64,000 nucleotides of DNA. Origin: an uncultured Candidatus Rokubacteria bacterium (GTDB lineage: Bacteria; Methylomirabilota; Methylomirabilia; Rokubacteriales; CSP1-6). The notes below the pieces were generated by a model. It saw nothing but the letters and a program-made list of their open reading frames with translations. It was not told where the DNA came from and made no database searches. The DNA is taken from contig CAVXJS010000011.1 of assembly GCA_963762145.1 (NCBI GenBank), positions 224,001 to 288,000 on the forward strand. The letters run 5' to 3'. Position numbers and translations under genes: made by a program. This document shows positions 54,957 to 64,000 of the stretch, one piece after another (the stretch's first letter is position 1; each line of letters begins with the position of its first letter).

Positions 54957-56330
54957 TCAGGCGGGGAGGGTCACGTAGGGGAAGCGGCGGAGCGCGTCGT
55001 AGACCATGCGCTGCATGTTCTCCACCGCTTCGGCGGTGCGGCCCTCGAAGCGCAGGGTCAGGTACGGGTTGGTGTTCGACGCGCGCACGAGGCCCCAGCC
55101 CTCCGGGAACAGGATGCGGACCCCGTCGATATCGATGGTCTCGAACCGGCTCCGGAACTCGCGCGCGAGCGCGTCCACCACCGCGAACTTGCGGTCGTCG
55201 GGGCAGGGCGCCTTCAGCTCCGGCGTGGCGTGCAGATGAGGCAGGGTGTCGAAGTGGGCGGAGGCGGGCCGCGGGCCCGAGGCCACGAGCTGCAGGAACC
55301 GGCACGAGGCGAGGACACCGTCGTCCACCCCGTACCAGTCCTCGCCGAAGAACATGTGGCCGGAGACCTCGCCCCCCAGCAGGATCCCGTCCTCGCGCAT
55401 CTTGCGCTTCAGGAGCGAGTGGCCGGTCTTCCACATGATCGGCTCGCCGCCGTGCTTGAGGATGTCGTCCACCAGCACCTGCGAGCACTTCACGTCGAAG
55501 ACGATCTTGGCCCCCGGATGCCGGGTCAGGAGATCGCGGGCGAGGAGGGCCAGCAGCAGGTCGGCCTCGTGACGGCGCCCGCGCTCGTCCACGACGCCCA
55601 CCCGGTCCGCGTCGCCGTCGTAGGCCACCCCGACGTCGGCGCCCACCTCGAGGGTGCGGGCCACGAGGTCTCGCATGTTCTCTTCCATCTCCGGGTCCGG
55701 GAGGTGATTGGGGAACGCCCCGTCGGACTCGCAGTAGAGCTCCACCACCTCGCAGCCCAGGCGGCGCAGCAGCTCGGGGGCGAAGAGGCCCGCGATCCCG
55801 TTGCCCGCGTCCACCACCACCTTGAGGGGCCGCCTCAGCTTCACTCTGGAAGTGATCGCGTCCCAGTACTCGTCGCGCGGATCGCGGGTGGCGCGCGTGC
55901 CCACCCCCCGCTCGAAATCGCCCGCCTTGATGGTGGCGAGCAGCCCCTGGATCTCGTTCTCGGTCAGCGGCGCCGCGCCCGCGTGCACCATCTTGACCCC
56001 GTTGTCGGAGACCGGATTGTGACTGCCGGTGATGGTGGCGCCGCCGTCCAGCTTCCAGTGCGCGGTCGCGAAGTAGAGCAGCGGGGTGTGATTGACGCCG
56101 ATGTCCACCACGTCGAGCCCGGTGGACAGCAGCCCCGTCGCGAACGCCTCCTTGAGCGCCCGCGACGAGGTGCGGTTGTCCATCCCGAGCGCCACCGCGT
56201 GCCCGCCCCGGCGCTTCACGAGGGTGCCGTACGCCCGGCCCACCAGCTCGAAGACGGGCGGGGTGATGTCGATCCCCACCTTGCCGCGCACGTCGTAGGC
56301 GCGGAAGACGTACGGGTTCAGCTCGGCCAT
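54957..56330 (-). CDS. Phosphomannomutase/phosphoglucomutase (AlgC-type)
   Basis: FRAYDVRG, TGSHNP, DGDADR, GEVSGH and VRASNT. Confidence 0.93.
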   Translation of the reverse strand: MAELNPYVFRAYDVRGKVGIDITPPVFELVGRAYGTLVKRRGGHAVALGMDNRTSSRALKEAFATGLLSTGLDVVDIGVNHTPLLYFATAHWKLDGGATITGSHNPVSDNGVKMVHAGAAPLTENEIQGLLATIKAGDFERGVGTRATRDPRDEYWDAITSRVKLRRPLKVVVDAGNGIAGLFAPELLRRLGCEVVELYCESDGAFPNHLPDPEMEENMRDLVARTLEVGADVGVAYDGDADRVGVVDERGRRHEADLLLALLARDLLTRHPGAKIVFDVKCSQVLVDDILKHGGEPIMWKTGHSLLKRKMREDGILLGGEVSGHMFFGEDWYGVDDGVLASCRFLQLVASGPRPASAHFDTLPHLHATPELKAPCPDDRKFAVVDALAREFRSRFETIDIDGVRILFPEGWGLVRASNTNPYLTLRFEGRTAEAVENMQRMVYDALRRFPYVTLPA

Positions 56331-56337
56331 CACGCGG

Positions 56338-56733
56338 CTAGATCACCGCGACCGCTTCGATCTCGATCATCCAGTCCGGCATCGCGAGCGCGGCCACCGC
56401 CACCAGCGTGGACGCGGGCGCCTTCTTGCCGAGGAACTCCTCGCGGATCGCGGCCAGGTCGGGGCGGTTCCGGATGTCGGTGAGGTACGTGTTGATCTTG
56501 ACGATGCTGTCCATGGTGCCGCCGCCCGCCTCGACCTGGGCCTTGATCGCCTGGAAGGTCGCGCGGGCCTGCGCCTTGAAGTCCCCCTTGTGGGCGGGCC
56601 CGCCCTTGTCGTCGTAGGCGACCTGGCCGGAGAGATAGAGAATGGTCTGGGCCCCGGTGACCTTCACGGCCTGCGAGTAGCCCGGCGGATCCCAGACGCC
56701 CTTGGCGGCGTAGCGCTGAATGGAGGCGGCCAT
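56338..56733 (-). CDS. RidA/YjgF family protein
   Basis: YSQAV, LSGQV, PASTLV and IEIEAVA. Confidence 0.9.
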   Translation of the reverse strand: MAASIQRYAAKGVWDPPGYSQAVKVTGAQTILYLSGQVAYDDKGGPAHKGDFKAQARATFQAIKAQVEAGGGTMDSIVKINTYLTDIRNRPDLAAIREEFLGKKAPASTLVAVAALAMPDWMIEIEAVAVI

Positions 56734-56838
56734 GCGATTCTCCTCTGGTGGCTGTAGGGTGATGGAGTCCCGATGCTTGAGCTAATATAACGCGAACCGA
56801 CGAAAGAACCGATGCCCACCGCGTTTCAGGAGACCCCC

Positions 56839-57225
56839 ATGGACGACGCCCTCAAGGAGAAGACCCGCAAGACCGCCCACATGCTGTTCCACTCCATCAA
56901 GAGCGGGGTGGGGTTCGACACGTGGAAGAAGTTCGACAAGGATCTGGCGCGCGAGCTCAGCATGTTCTTCACCGGCAAGCTCTACAGCCGCGAGGTCATC
57001 TCCCAGAAGCAGCGCGAGCTGTGCGCGGTGGCCTCGCTGACCGTGCTGAATCGCCGCAACGAGGTGCGCGCCCACATCCACGCCGCGCTCAACGTGGGGG
57101 CGACCCGCCCGGAGGTCGCGGAGGTGATCTTCCAGCAGGTCACCTACGGCGGCATGCCGGTGGTGGTGGAGGCCCTCGAGGTGTTCAAGGAGGTGCTGCA
57201 GGAGCGGGGTGAGTGGACGGAGTGA
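56839..57225 (+). CDS. Carboxymuconolactone decarboxylase family protein
   Basis: KQRELCAVASL...HIHAALNVGAT..EV.EVI.Q..YGGMP. Confidence 0.85.
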   Translation: MDDALKEKTRKTAHMLFHSIKSGVGFDTWKKFDKDLARELSMFFTGKLYSREVISQKQRELCAVASLTVLNRRNEVRAHIHAALNVGATRPEVAEVIFQQVTYGGMPVVVEALEVFKEVLQERGEWTE

Positions 57226-57227
57226 CC

Positions 57228-57983
57228 ATGCACGAGGACGTGACCGCGGCGATCGCGGCCGCGAAGGCGGCGGGCGAAGTCGCGATGCGCTACTACCGGG
57301 GGGGCTTCGAGGTCACGATCAAGCCCGACCAGACGCCGGTCACCCAGGCCGATCGCGAGGCGGAGCAAGCCATCCGGCGGGTGCTGGGGCGGGCCTTTCC
57401 CAACGACGGGTTCCTGGGGGAGGAGTTCGGCGAGGAGGGCTCCCGGGAGCGGCGGTGGATCATCGATCCCATCGACGGCACCAAGAACTTCATCCGGCGC
57501 ATCCCGATCTGGGCGGTGCTGATCGGCCTCGAGGTGGCGGGCGAGGTGACCGCGGGCGTCGTCTTCAATCCGGCCAGCGGCGAGCTGCTCTGGGCCCGGC
57601 GGGGCGACGGCGCGTGGGCGGGGGACGAGCGCCTCCGCGTGTCGGAGTGCCGGGCGCTCGGCGAGGCGTTCCTGCTGCATTCGGACCTCCACCTGCTCCG
57701 CAAGGGCGGCTACTGGGACCGGTTCCTCCCCATGATCGATGCGACCGCGCGCACGCGCGGCTTCGGCGACTACTACGGCTACGGCCTGGTCGCGGCGGGC
57801 AAGGCGGAGCTCTACCTCGAGATGGACCTCAAGCCCTGGGACGCCGCGCCGATGAAGATCCTGGTCGAGGAGGCGGGCGGCCGGCTCACCGACTTCGCGG
57901 GCCGTCCATCGATCTACAACGGCTCGGTGCTCGCCACCAACGGCCACCTGCACGACCTGGCGCTGCGGGCGCTGGCCGGCTAG
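57228..57983 (+). CDS. hisN: Inositol monophosphatase-family histidinol-phosphatase (HisN-like)
   Basis: KPDQTPVTQAD, GEEFG, WIIDPIDGTKNF, RGFGDY and PWD. Confidence 0.75.
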   Translation: MHEDVTAAIAAAKAAGEVAMRYYRGGFEVTIKPDQTPVTQADREAEQAIRRVLGRAFPNDGFLGEEFGEEGSRERRWIIDPIDGTKNFIRRIPIWAVLIGLEVAGEVTAGVVFNPASGELLWARRGDGAWAGDERLRVSECRALGEAFLLHSDLHLLRKGGYWDRFLPMIDATARTRGFGDYYGYGLVAAGKAELYLEMDLKPWDAAPMKILVEEAGGRLTDFAGRPSIYNGSVLATNGHLHDLALRALAG

Positions 57984-58104
57984 CCGCGCCGGCCGAGGGC
58001 GGCGCCTTGACAAGCGCCGGGCCCTGTCCCAGAATCGCGCCAGCGCTCACCGTTTCCGGTCGCTCGTCACCGCTGACGCATCCCACACACAGGAGGACAC
58101 ATTC

Positions 58105-59407
58105 GTGAGCACCATCAGCCGACGGAAGTTTCTGGGGAAGGCGGGACTCGTGGGAGCCGGGGCGGTCATGGCGGAGGGCGCGTTCCGGGGGGCGCGCGCG
58201 GAGAAGCCGGTCAACTTCTCGGGCTGGGTGTTCAAGCCCGACACCGTGAAGGACTACGTCGAGTACTACAACAAGAAGCACAACGGGCAGGTGAAGTACG
58301 AGGCGATCCCCTGGGCGAACTACCATCCCACCATGGAGACGCGGGCCTTCGCGGGCGAGGTGGTCGACGTGATGTACTGCAACGCGGCCAACCGGGAGCG
58401 CTGGTTCGAGAACGGGCCTGATCCGGGCCCTCGACGACCTTCCGGGCATGGACGAGCTGAAGAAGAAGATCGCCCCCGCCAACCTCGACAGCCTGAAGAG
58501 CCGCGACGGCAGCAAGGTCATCGCGCTGCCCTACTTCACGAGCCTCTTCATCCTGATCTACAACGAGCCGATGCTGCAGCAGGCCGGCATCAAGGCGCCC
58601 GGCCAAGATCGTGGGAGGAGCTGGTCGAGCACTGCACCAAGCTCAAGCGCGACAAGGTCAGCGACACCCCGTTCCTGCCGAACTGGAACAACAGCGGCTC
58701 CGGCACCATGCCCCAGTTCATCAGCGACTGTTTCTCGGAAGGCGCCAGCGTCTTCGACGCCAAGAACAAGGTGATCGCGGACCAGGAGCCGGGCGCGGCG
58801 CGGGCGATGGAGCGCTGGCAGAAGGTCTACAAGGCGGGGCTCGTGAACCCGGAGGTGCTCACCAAGACCTCGTCCACCGACACCCACCGGCTCTTCTGGA
58901 CCGGGCGCTACGCCTACCACACGAACCACTCCTACTACCTCAAGACGATCGCGGGCGAGCCGGAGAACTCCAAGCTCGCGCCCAAGAAGGCCAAGATGGC
59001 GATGTACCCGGGCAACGGGACCAGACCCACATGTTCACCGACTTCTACACGTGAACGCCAAGACCAAGGCGCTCGAGGACGCGTGGAAGCTCGCTAAGTT
59101 CCTGGGCGGCAACCTCAACGGGGACTGGTACGTGCAGCGACAGTGGTGCCTGCATCGCCGGCCTCGACAACCCGTACCCCGAGATGTACGACAACCCGGA
59201 GATCATCCAGTCCTACGACCGCTGGGTCGACCTCAAGCTCCTGCGCGAGCAGTACAAGAAGGGCAAGATCATCAGCGCCTTCAAGGAGCCGTGGTACGGC
59301 GAGTACGACAGCAAGGCGATCGCGATCGTGCACAACATCATCCGCGGCACCAGCCGGTGCCCAAGGGCCTGAAGGAGCTGGTCGCGCTGCAGAAGTCGCT
59401 GGCGTAG
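58105..59407 (+). CDS. Tat-exported carbohydrate-type ABC substrate-binding protein (several frameshifts)
   Basis: SRRKFL Tat motif. Pieces in ORFs 58105, 58448, 59051 and 59184 (ALPYFTS..LIYN, AWKLAKFL). Confidence 0.75.
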
Positions 59408-59417
59408 CTGGCGAGCC

Positions 59418-60396
59418 GTGACGACCCCGATCCGCCCCGGCTGCCGGCGCCGGGGCGCTGCTGCCGCCTCTCGCGAGGCGGCCTTCGCGTGGCTGCTGAT
59501 CGCGCCCGGCGGTCCTGGGCATCGTGCTGGTGGTGGTGTTCCCGCTCGCCTACTCGCTCTGGCTGTCCTTCACCGACGTCAACCTGCTGCGCGGCGGGCG
59601 GGCCCGCGATCGAGGCCTTCGGCGTCGCTGCGCCTGCCGCTCTACCGCTGGGTCGGCGTGCGGAACTACCTCCAGGTCTTCGAGGACCCGATCTACTGGG
59701 AGCTCCCTCTGGCGCACGCTCTACTTCGTCGGCGCCTTCGTGATCGAGGCGACGCTGGTGGGCATGGGAATGGCTCTCGTGCTCAACGAGCGCTTCCACG
59801 GGCGCCCCCTGCATGCGGAGCCTCCTGCTGGTGCCCTGGTCGCTCTCGCGCATCGTGGTCGGGCTGCTCTGGATCGGCATCCTCGACTTCGAGTTCGGCG
59901 CGCTCAACGGCCTGCTCCAGCCAGGCCGGGCTGGTCGACGGCTAGATCGCCTTCTTCAAGGACGGCTGGAGCGCGCTCAACGTGCTGGTCTCGGTCTACA
60001 TGTGGAACCAGGCGCCGTTCGCGACGCTGCTGTTCCTGGCCGGGATGCAGTCAATCTCGGAGGACCACTACGCCGCCGCCGAGGTGGACGGCGCGGGCTA
60101 CTGGCAGCGGCTTCTTCTACATCACGCTGCCCGCGCTGCGGCCGATCCTGTTCCTGGTGCTGGTGCTCTGCACCGTCAACGGCTTCCTCATGCTGGACCT
60201 GATCTTCATCCTCACGATGGGCGGGCCCGGGCAACGACACCACCACCGTCTCGTGGCTCGGCTTCCAGACCAGCTTCCGGTTCTTCAAGTTCGGGCCCGG
60301 GACGGCGATCCTCTACACGCTGACCGCCCTCTGCCTGTTCCTGACCGTCGATCTACCACCGGCTGATCCTGGCGCCGGTTCGAGCCGGAGGGCTGA
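59418..60396 (+). CDS. Carbohydrate ABC permease (MalF-like, many frameshifts)
   Basis: FPLAYSLWLSFTD, VGVRNY, AAEVDGA and ITLPALRP spread over several frames. Confidence 0.75.
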
Positions 60397-60398
60397 GG

Positions 60399-61289
60399 AT
60401 GGCGCGGCGGACGCGGCGCGGCGGCGCCTACTGGGCGCCGCTCGGGACGGAGCCGGCTCGTGCTGTACGGCCTCGTCGCCGTGGTGTCGCTCTGGCTCGT
60501 GGGCCCCTTCGTCTGGCTCTTCGTGACCAGCGTCTCCTACCAGAAGAACCTGATGGCGCGGCCGCTCGCGTTGATCCCGCCCGAGGTCACGTGGGACAAC
60601 TACCGCATGGTCATCGGGCCTCATGCGCTTCCACGCCGAGGGCCAGGCCTCAAGATCCTGCCCTCGATGTGGAACACCTGCGTGGTGGCGGCGGTGGTGA
60701 CCGCGCTGAACCTGGTGGTGGGCACCACCGCCGGGTACGCCTACGCGCGCTTTCGCTTCCCGCTCAAGACGTTTTCGCTCTTCGCGCTGCTCTTCACCCG
60801 CATGCTGCCGACCATCGTGCTGATCCCCGCCTTCTTCCTCATGTTGCGGACGCTCGGGCTGCAGAACACCCTGACCGGTCTCGTGATCACCTACTGCTCA
60901 TTCACGCTGCCGTTCACGGTGTGGATCATGAAGGCCTACTTCGAGACGATCCCCGCCGACCTCGACAAGAGCGCGCTGGTGGACGGCTGCAACCGCTTCC
61001 AGGCCTACTACAAGTCGTGCTCCCGGTGTCGGGGCCGGGGCTGGTGGCGGGCGGGGCGTTCACGTTCATGCTGTGCTGGAACGAGTTCGTGGTGGCCCAG
61101 GTGCTCAATACCAAGCCGGGTACCACGACGCTGCCCCCGGTGATCGCGGGCATGAACGGGCAGGTGAACGTGGACTACTCGGTGATCGCGGCTTCCGGCT
61201 TCCTGGGCGCGCTGCCCGCGGTGCTGCTCGTGCTGATCTTCCAGAAGTACATGGTGCAGGGGCTCACCGCGGGATCGGTCAAGGGCTGA
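60399..61289 (+). CDS. Carbohydrate ABC permease (MalG-like, frameshifts)
   Basis: AGYAYARFRF, YFETIP.DLDKSALVDG, WNEF and QKYMVQGLTAGSVKG*. Confidence 0.8.
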   Translation: MARRTRRGGAYWAPLGTEPARAVRPRRRGVALARGPLRLALRDQRLLPEEPDGAAARVDPARGHVGQLPHGHRASCASTPRARPQDPALDVEHLRGGGGGDRAEPGGGHHRRVRLRALSLPAQDVFALRAALHPHAADHRADPRLLPHVADARAAEHPDRSRDHLLLIHAAVHGVDHEGLLRDDPRRPRQERAGGRLQPLPGLLQVVLPVSGPGLVAGGAFTFMLCWNEFVVAQVLNTKPGTTTLPPVIAGMNGQVNVDYSVIAASGFLGALPAVLLVLIFQKYMVQGLTAGSVKG

Positions 61290-62226
61290 CCGGCCGCGGA
61301 CCGGGCAGGGGCGGCGGCCGGCGCATGAGGCCTCGTCCCGGGAACCCGTGGCGGGAGTAGACCACCAGCTCCTCGACGAACTGCGCGGCGTACGGCGCGT
61401 GAAAGCGTCGCGGATCCCAGGCGATGCTCGCCCAGGTCCCGAGGACCACCCCGCGCTGGACGATCGGTAACGCCCGGACGCCGCCGCTCCGGGGGATCTG
61501 CGCGTTGGACGGGACGATGGCGATGCCATACCCGGCCCGGGCCAGCGCGACGAGGGTGTCGGGCGCGCCGCTCTCGAGCAGGACGTGCGGCCGGAGATGC
61601 GCCACCTGACAGGCCGCATCGAACCACTGGCGTGATCCGAAGTCGCGCTTCGGCAGGAGCAGCGGCGCGCCGGCCAGCTCTTCGATCTCCAGGGTGGCGC
61701 GGCGGCTCAGCCGATGCGCCCTGGGCAGCACGGCCAGGACGTACAGGGGCGCGAGCGCGCGCCAGTGGAAGCGCGCGTCGCCGGCCGGCATGAGGGCGAG
61801 ATTCACATCGCCCCGCTCGAGGCGGGTCGGGAGGCGGACGCCGCCGTCCTCGACCAGGTGTACCTCGACGCCCCGGTGGCGTCGCCGATAGCGCGGAAGG
61901 AATCGGGCGAGCAGGGTCTCCATGGCCTGCGGTGTCGCTCCCACCCGGAGCACTCCGGTCTGGCCGCCCTTGAGAGCCCGCGCCCGCTCGCCGAGCGACT
62001 CGGCGTCGGTCAGCAGGCGGCGGCTCCGCTCGAGCAGGTCCTCGCCCTCCGACGTGAGCTGGACGCGGCGCCCGATCCGGTCGAAGAGCCGCACCCCCAG
62101 CTCCGTCTCGAGCGCGTGAATCTGCCGTGACAGCGCGGGCTGGCTGAGGTTGACCCGGGCGGCCGCCCGGGCGAAGCCGCCGGCGTCCACGACCGCCACG
62201 AACGCGCGTAGCCGTCTCAGGTCCAC
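61279..62226 (-). CDS. LysR-family transcriptional regulator
   Basis: DLRRLRAFVAV..AGGFARAA..VNLSQPALSRQI..LE.ELG..LFDR. Confidence 0.93.
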   Translation of the reverse strand: MDLRRLRAFVAVVDAGGFARAAARVNLSQPALSRQIHALETELGVRLFDRIGRRVQLTSEGEDLLERSRRLLTDAESLGERARALKGGQTGVLRVGATPQAMETLLARFLPRYRRRHRGVEVHLVEDGGVRLPTRLERGDVNLALMPAGDARFHWRALAPLYVLAVLPRAHRLSRRATLEIEELAGAPLLLPKRDFGSRQWFDAACQVAHLRPHVLLESGAPDTLVALARAGYGIAIVPSNAQIPRSGGVRALPIVQRGVVLGTWASIAWDPRRFHAPYAAQFVEELVVYSRHGFPGRGLMRRPPPLPGPRPVSP

Positions 62227-62233
62227 GGATTCA

Positions 62234-62248
62234 ATGCACCTTGCGCAT
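62234..62248. promoter_or_regulatory. LysR recognition box (T-N11-A)
   Basis: ATGC-ACCTTGC-GCAT in the divergent intergenic region. Confidence 0.6.
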
Positions 62249-62308
62249 CGATCATACGACAAGAAATGCATTGGACACATCGACGCTCGCAGGCCCACTG
62301 TGGCGGCC

Positions 62309-62737
62309 ATGTTCGACATCGACCATCTCGTCGCCGACTGCCACGCCGCGCTCATCGAGCCGTCCCCCCAGGTGCGGATCCGGGAGCTCGTCGCCCGCGC
62401 GGTGAGCCAGCCGTCCGAGGTCGAGCGGGCGCTCGGAACGCCCCGTCTGGGTGGGCTGTTTTCGCTGCATCGATCGCCCGGGCTGACCATCCTCAACGTG
62501 GTCTGGGCGCCCGGCATGGCCATCTACCCACACGATCACCGCATGTGGGCCGTCGCCAACCCCCTGCGCGCGTTCACCGGGGCCCTGCACATCTATGGCG
62601 GCGACTTCTTCGGCGCCGCGCGCAGCGAGTGGACGCCGGGCTCGCTCGTCGAGCGTCCCTTCGACGTGGAGCGGGTCCACCAGGTGTACGCGGAGGCGAA
62701 CGAACGCTGGACCCGGGAACAGGAGGCCGCCCGATGA
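62309..62737 (+). CDS. Cysteine-dioxygenase-like cupin protein, apparently with an in-frame internal deletion
   Basis: LHRSP.LTILNVVWAPGM.IYPHDHRMWAV joins directly to ANPL..FTGALHIYGGDFF. Confidence 0.65.
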   Translation: MFDIDHLVADCHAALIEPSPQVRIRELVARAVSQPSEVERALGTPRLGGLFSLHRSPGLTILNVVWAPGMAIYPHDHRMWAVANPLRAFTGALHIYGGDFFGAARSEWTPGSLVERPFDVERVHQVYAEANERWTREQEAAR

Positions 62738-64000
62738 GCCATCAGTGGATGCGTCCACTATCGATCCTCTCGGTCACTCTCGTGCTCGGCATCGGCGCGG
62801 GCGCCGCCCCGTCGGCGGCCGACGAGGTGCTCGCCTGGAACGTCACCGCCCTCGAGGCGGCCGGCGCCGGCGGGCAGAACAATGTCGTCATCACCCGGAC
62901 CCTGGCCATGGTGCACCTGGCCGTGCACGACGCGCTGAACTCCATCAGCCGCCGCTACGAGCCCTACGCTCGGGAGGGACGCGCCGAGCCGGGCGCGGAT
63001 CCCTCGGCCGCGATCGGCGCGGCCGCCCGCGACGTCCTGGTAGACCTGATCCCGCGCTACGGCAGCGCGGCCCAGCAGACGAAGGCGGCCGATCTCGTCG
63101 ACCGGGCGCACCGGGAAGCCCTGGCGCGGCTGCCCGACGGGCTCGCCAAGAACCACGGAGTCGCCACCGGCCAGGCCGCGGCGGCCGCGATACTCGCGTT
63201 GCGACGCTGGGATGGTGCCTTCGCCCCCGCCCAGTACACGCCGGGCACCGCACCGGGGCAGTGGCGGCCGCATCCGAACCCGGTACCCCCCAATCCGCCG
63301 GTGGCCGATCCCGCGGTGGCGGCCGGGAACCAGCCCGCGATGCAGCCCCAGTGGGGCCAGGTGATGCCGTTCACCATGCTTGGGCCGGGCCAGTTCCGTC
63401 TCCCGTCGCCGCCCGCGCTCGCCAGTGAGGCCTACGCGCGCGACTACATCGAGGTCAAGCGGGTGGGCGGCAAGGACAGCGCCGCCCGAACGCCGCAGCA
63501 GGCCGAGATCGTCCGGTACTGGTACGAGGGCTCACCCCAGGGCTGGAACCGGATCGCGCGGGTCGTCGCCGGGCAGCGGCGCCTCGATGCCTGGGAACAC
63601 GCGCGTTTGCTCGCGCTCCTCAACGCGGCCATGGCCGACGGGTTCATCGCGGCGGCCGAAACGCGCTACCACTACAACCTCTGGCGGCCGGTCACCGCGA
63701 TCAGGGCCGGCGACACCGACGGCAACGACCTGACCGAGCCGGACCGGGCCTGGGAGACGTACGTGAACACCCCGCCGATGCCCGACTATCCTTCGACCCA
63801 CAGCGTGTTGGGCGCGGCCGCGGCCGTCGTCATGGCCCGGTTCTTCGGGACCGACCAGATCGCGTTCACGATGACCAGCGGGGCCCCATTCGCGGGGATC
63901 ACGCGCTCGTTCACGAGCCTCTCGCAGGCGGCGCGCGAGAACGCCGACTCGCGCGTCCTGGGCGGCGTCCATTTCCGCAGCGCCTGCGAGGCCGGCCTGG
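62734..64000 (+). CDS. Secreted vanadium-dependent haloperoxidase/PAP2-superfamily protein, truncated by window end
   Basis: Manual translation: signal peptide, R.LAMVHLAVHDALNSI, RYHYNLWRPVTAIR, TPPMPDYPSTHS and SRVLGGVHFR. Confidence 0.85.
   Translation, partial: MSHQWMRPLSILSVTLVLGIGAGAAPSAADEVLAWNVTALEAAGAGGQNNVVITRTLAMVHLAVHDALNSISRRYEPYAREGRAEPGADPSAAIGAAARDVLVDLIPRYGSAAQQTKAADLVDRAHREALARLPDGLAKNHGVATGQAAAAAILALRRWDGAFAPAQYTPGTAPGQWRPHPNPVPPNPPVADPAVAAGNQPAMQPQWGQVMPFTMLGPGQFRLPSPPALASEAYARDYIEVKRVGGKDSAARTPQQAEIVRYWYEGSPQGWNRIARVVAGQRRLDAWEHARLLALLNAAMADGFIAAAETRYHYNLWRPVTAIRAGDTDGNDLTEPDRAWETYVNTPPMPDYPSTHSVLGAAAAVVMARFFGTDQIAFTMTSGAPFAGITRSFTSLSQAARENADSRVLGGVHFRSACEAGL

Noticed and set aside
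1-64000. RAPP-like words in other six-frame ORFs; tRNA/rRNA/riboswitch/transposase/prophage search by eye
   Set aside because: R/A/P-rich words are expected by chance in GC-rich shadow frames. Only the two terminal, paralogous, equally spaced cases at 49.5 and 50.3 kb were accepted. No structural RNA or mobile-element gene was recognised, but an Infernal/HMM scan was not possible.

Overview
This is a very GC-rich, gene-dense bacterial chromosomal segment. The gene content and style suggest Candidatus Rokubacteria/Methylomirabilota, which is an inference and not proven. Scattered 1-2 nt frameshifts, densest at about 58.1-61.3 kb, look like long-read consensus errors. Most of the window is heterotrophic metabolism: crotonase, LLM oxidoreductase, three acyl-CoA dehydrogenases, acyl-CoA ligase, CoA-transferase III, aminotransferases and peptide/sugar ABC transporters. 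Two blocks stand out. (1) 14.3-20.6 kb: a Tat-exported IorAB-like molybdoenzyme is followed by cytochrome c, FccB/SoxF and soxXYZA. soxB and soxCD are absent from the window and SoxY has a non-canonical carrier arm. (2) 37.7-54.2 kb: a long minus-strand metal-homeostasis region with CopD-cytochrome c, CusF-like, rhodanese, DUF151, an outer-membrane porin-like protein, two metal ABC sets and CzcD. The best candidate for an undescribed system is at 49.4-50.6 kb: two tandem ~100-aa leader ORFs. Each has an N-terminal hydrophobic segment, a conserved HLH-x8-NEEH motif and, exactly 48 residues later, a C-terminal RAPP ribosome-arrest motif. Each is followed by a spacer with an anti-Shine-Dalgarno, a hairpin and the SD of the next gene. 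This looks like a His/Glu-type (non-CxxC) counterpart of the CruR/CutF metal-sensing arrest peptides, gating a Zn/Mn uptake operon that also has DtxR/SirR-like boxes upstream. No rRNA, tRNA, CRISPR array or transposase was recognised. Two small intergenic palindromic repeat families are present.
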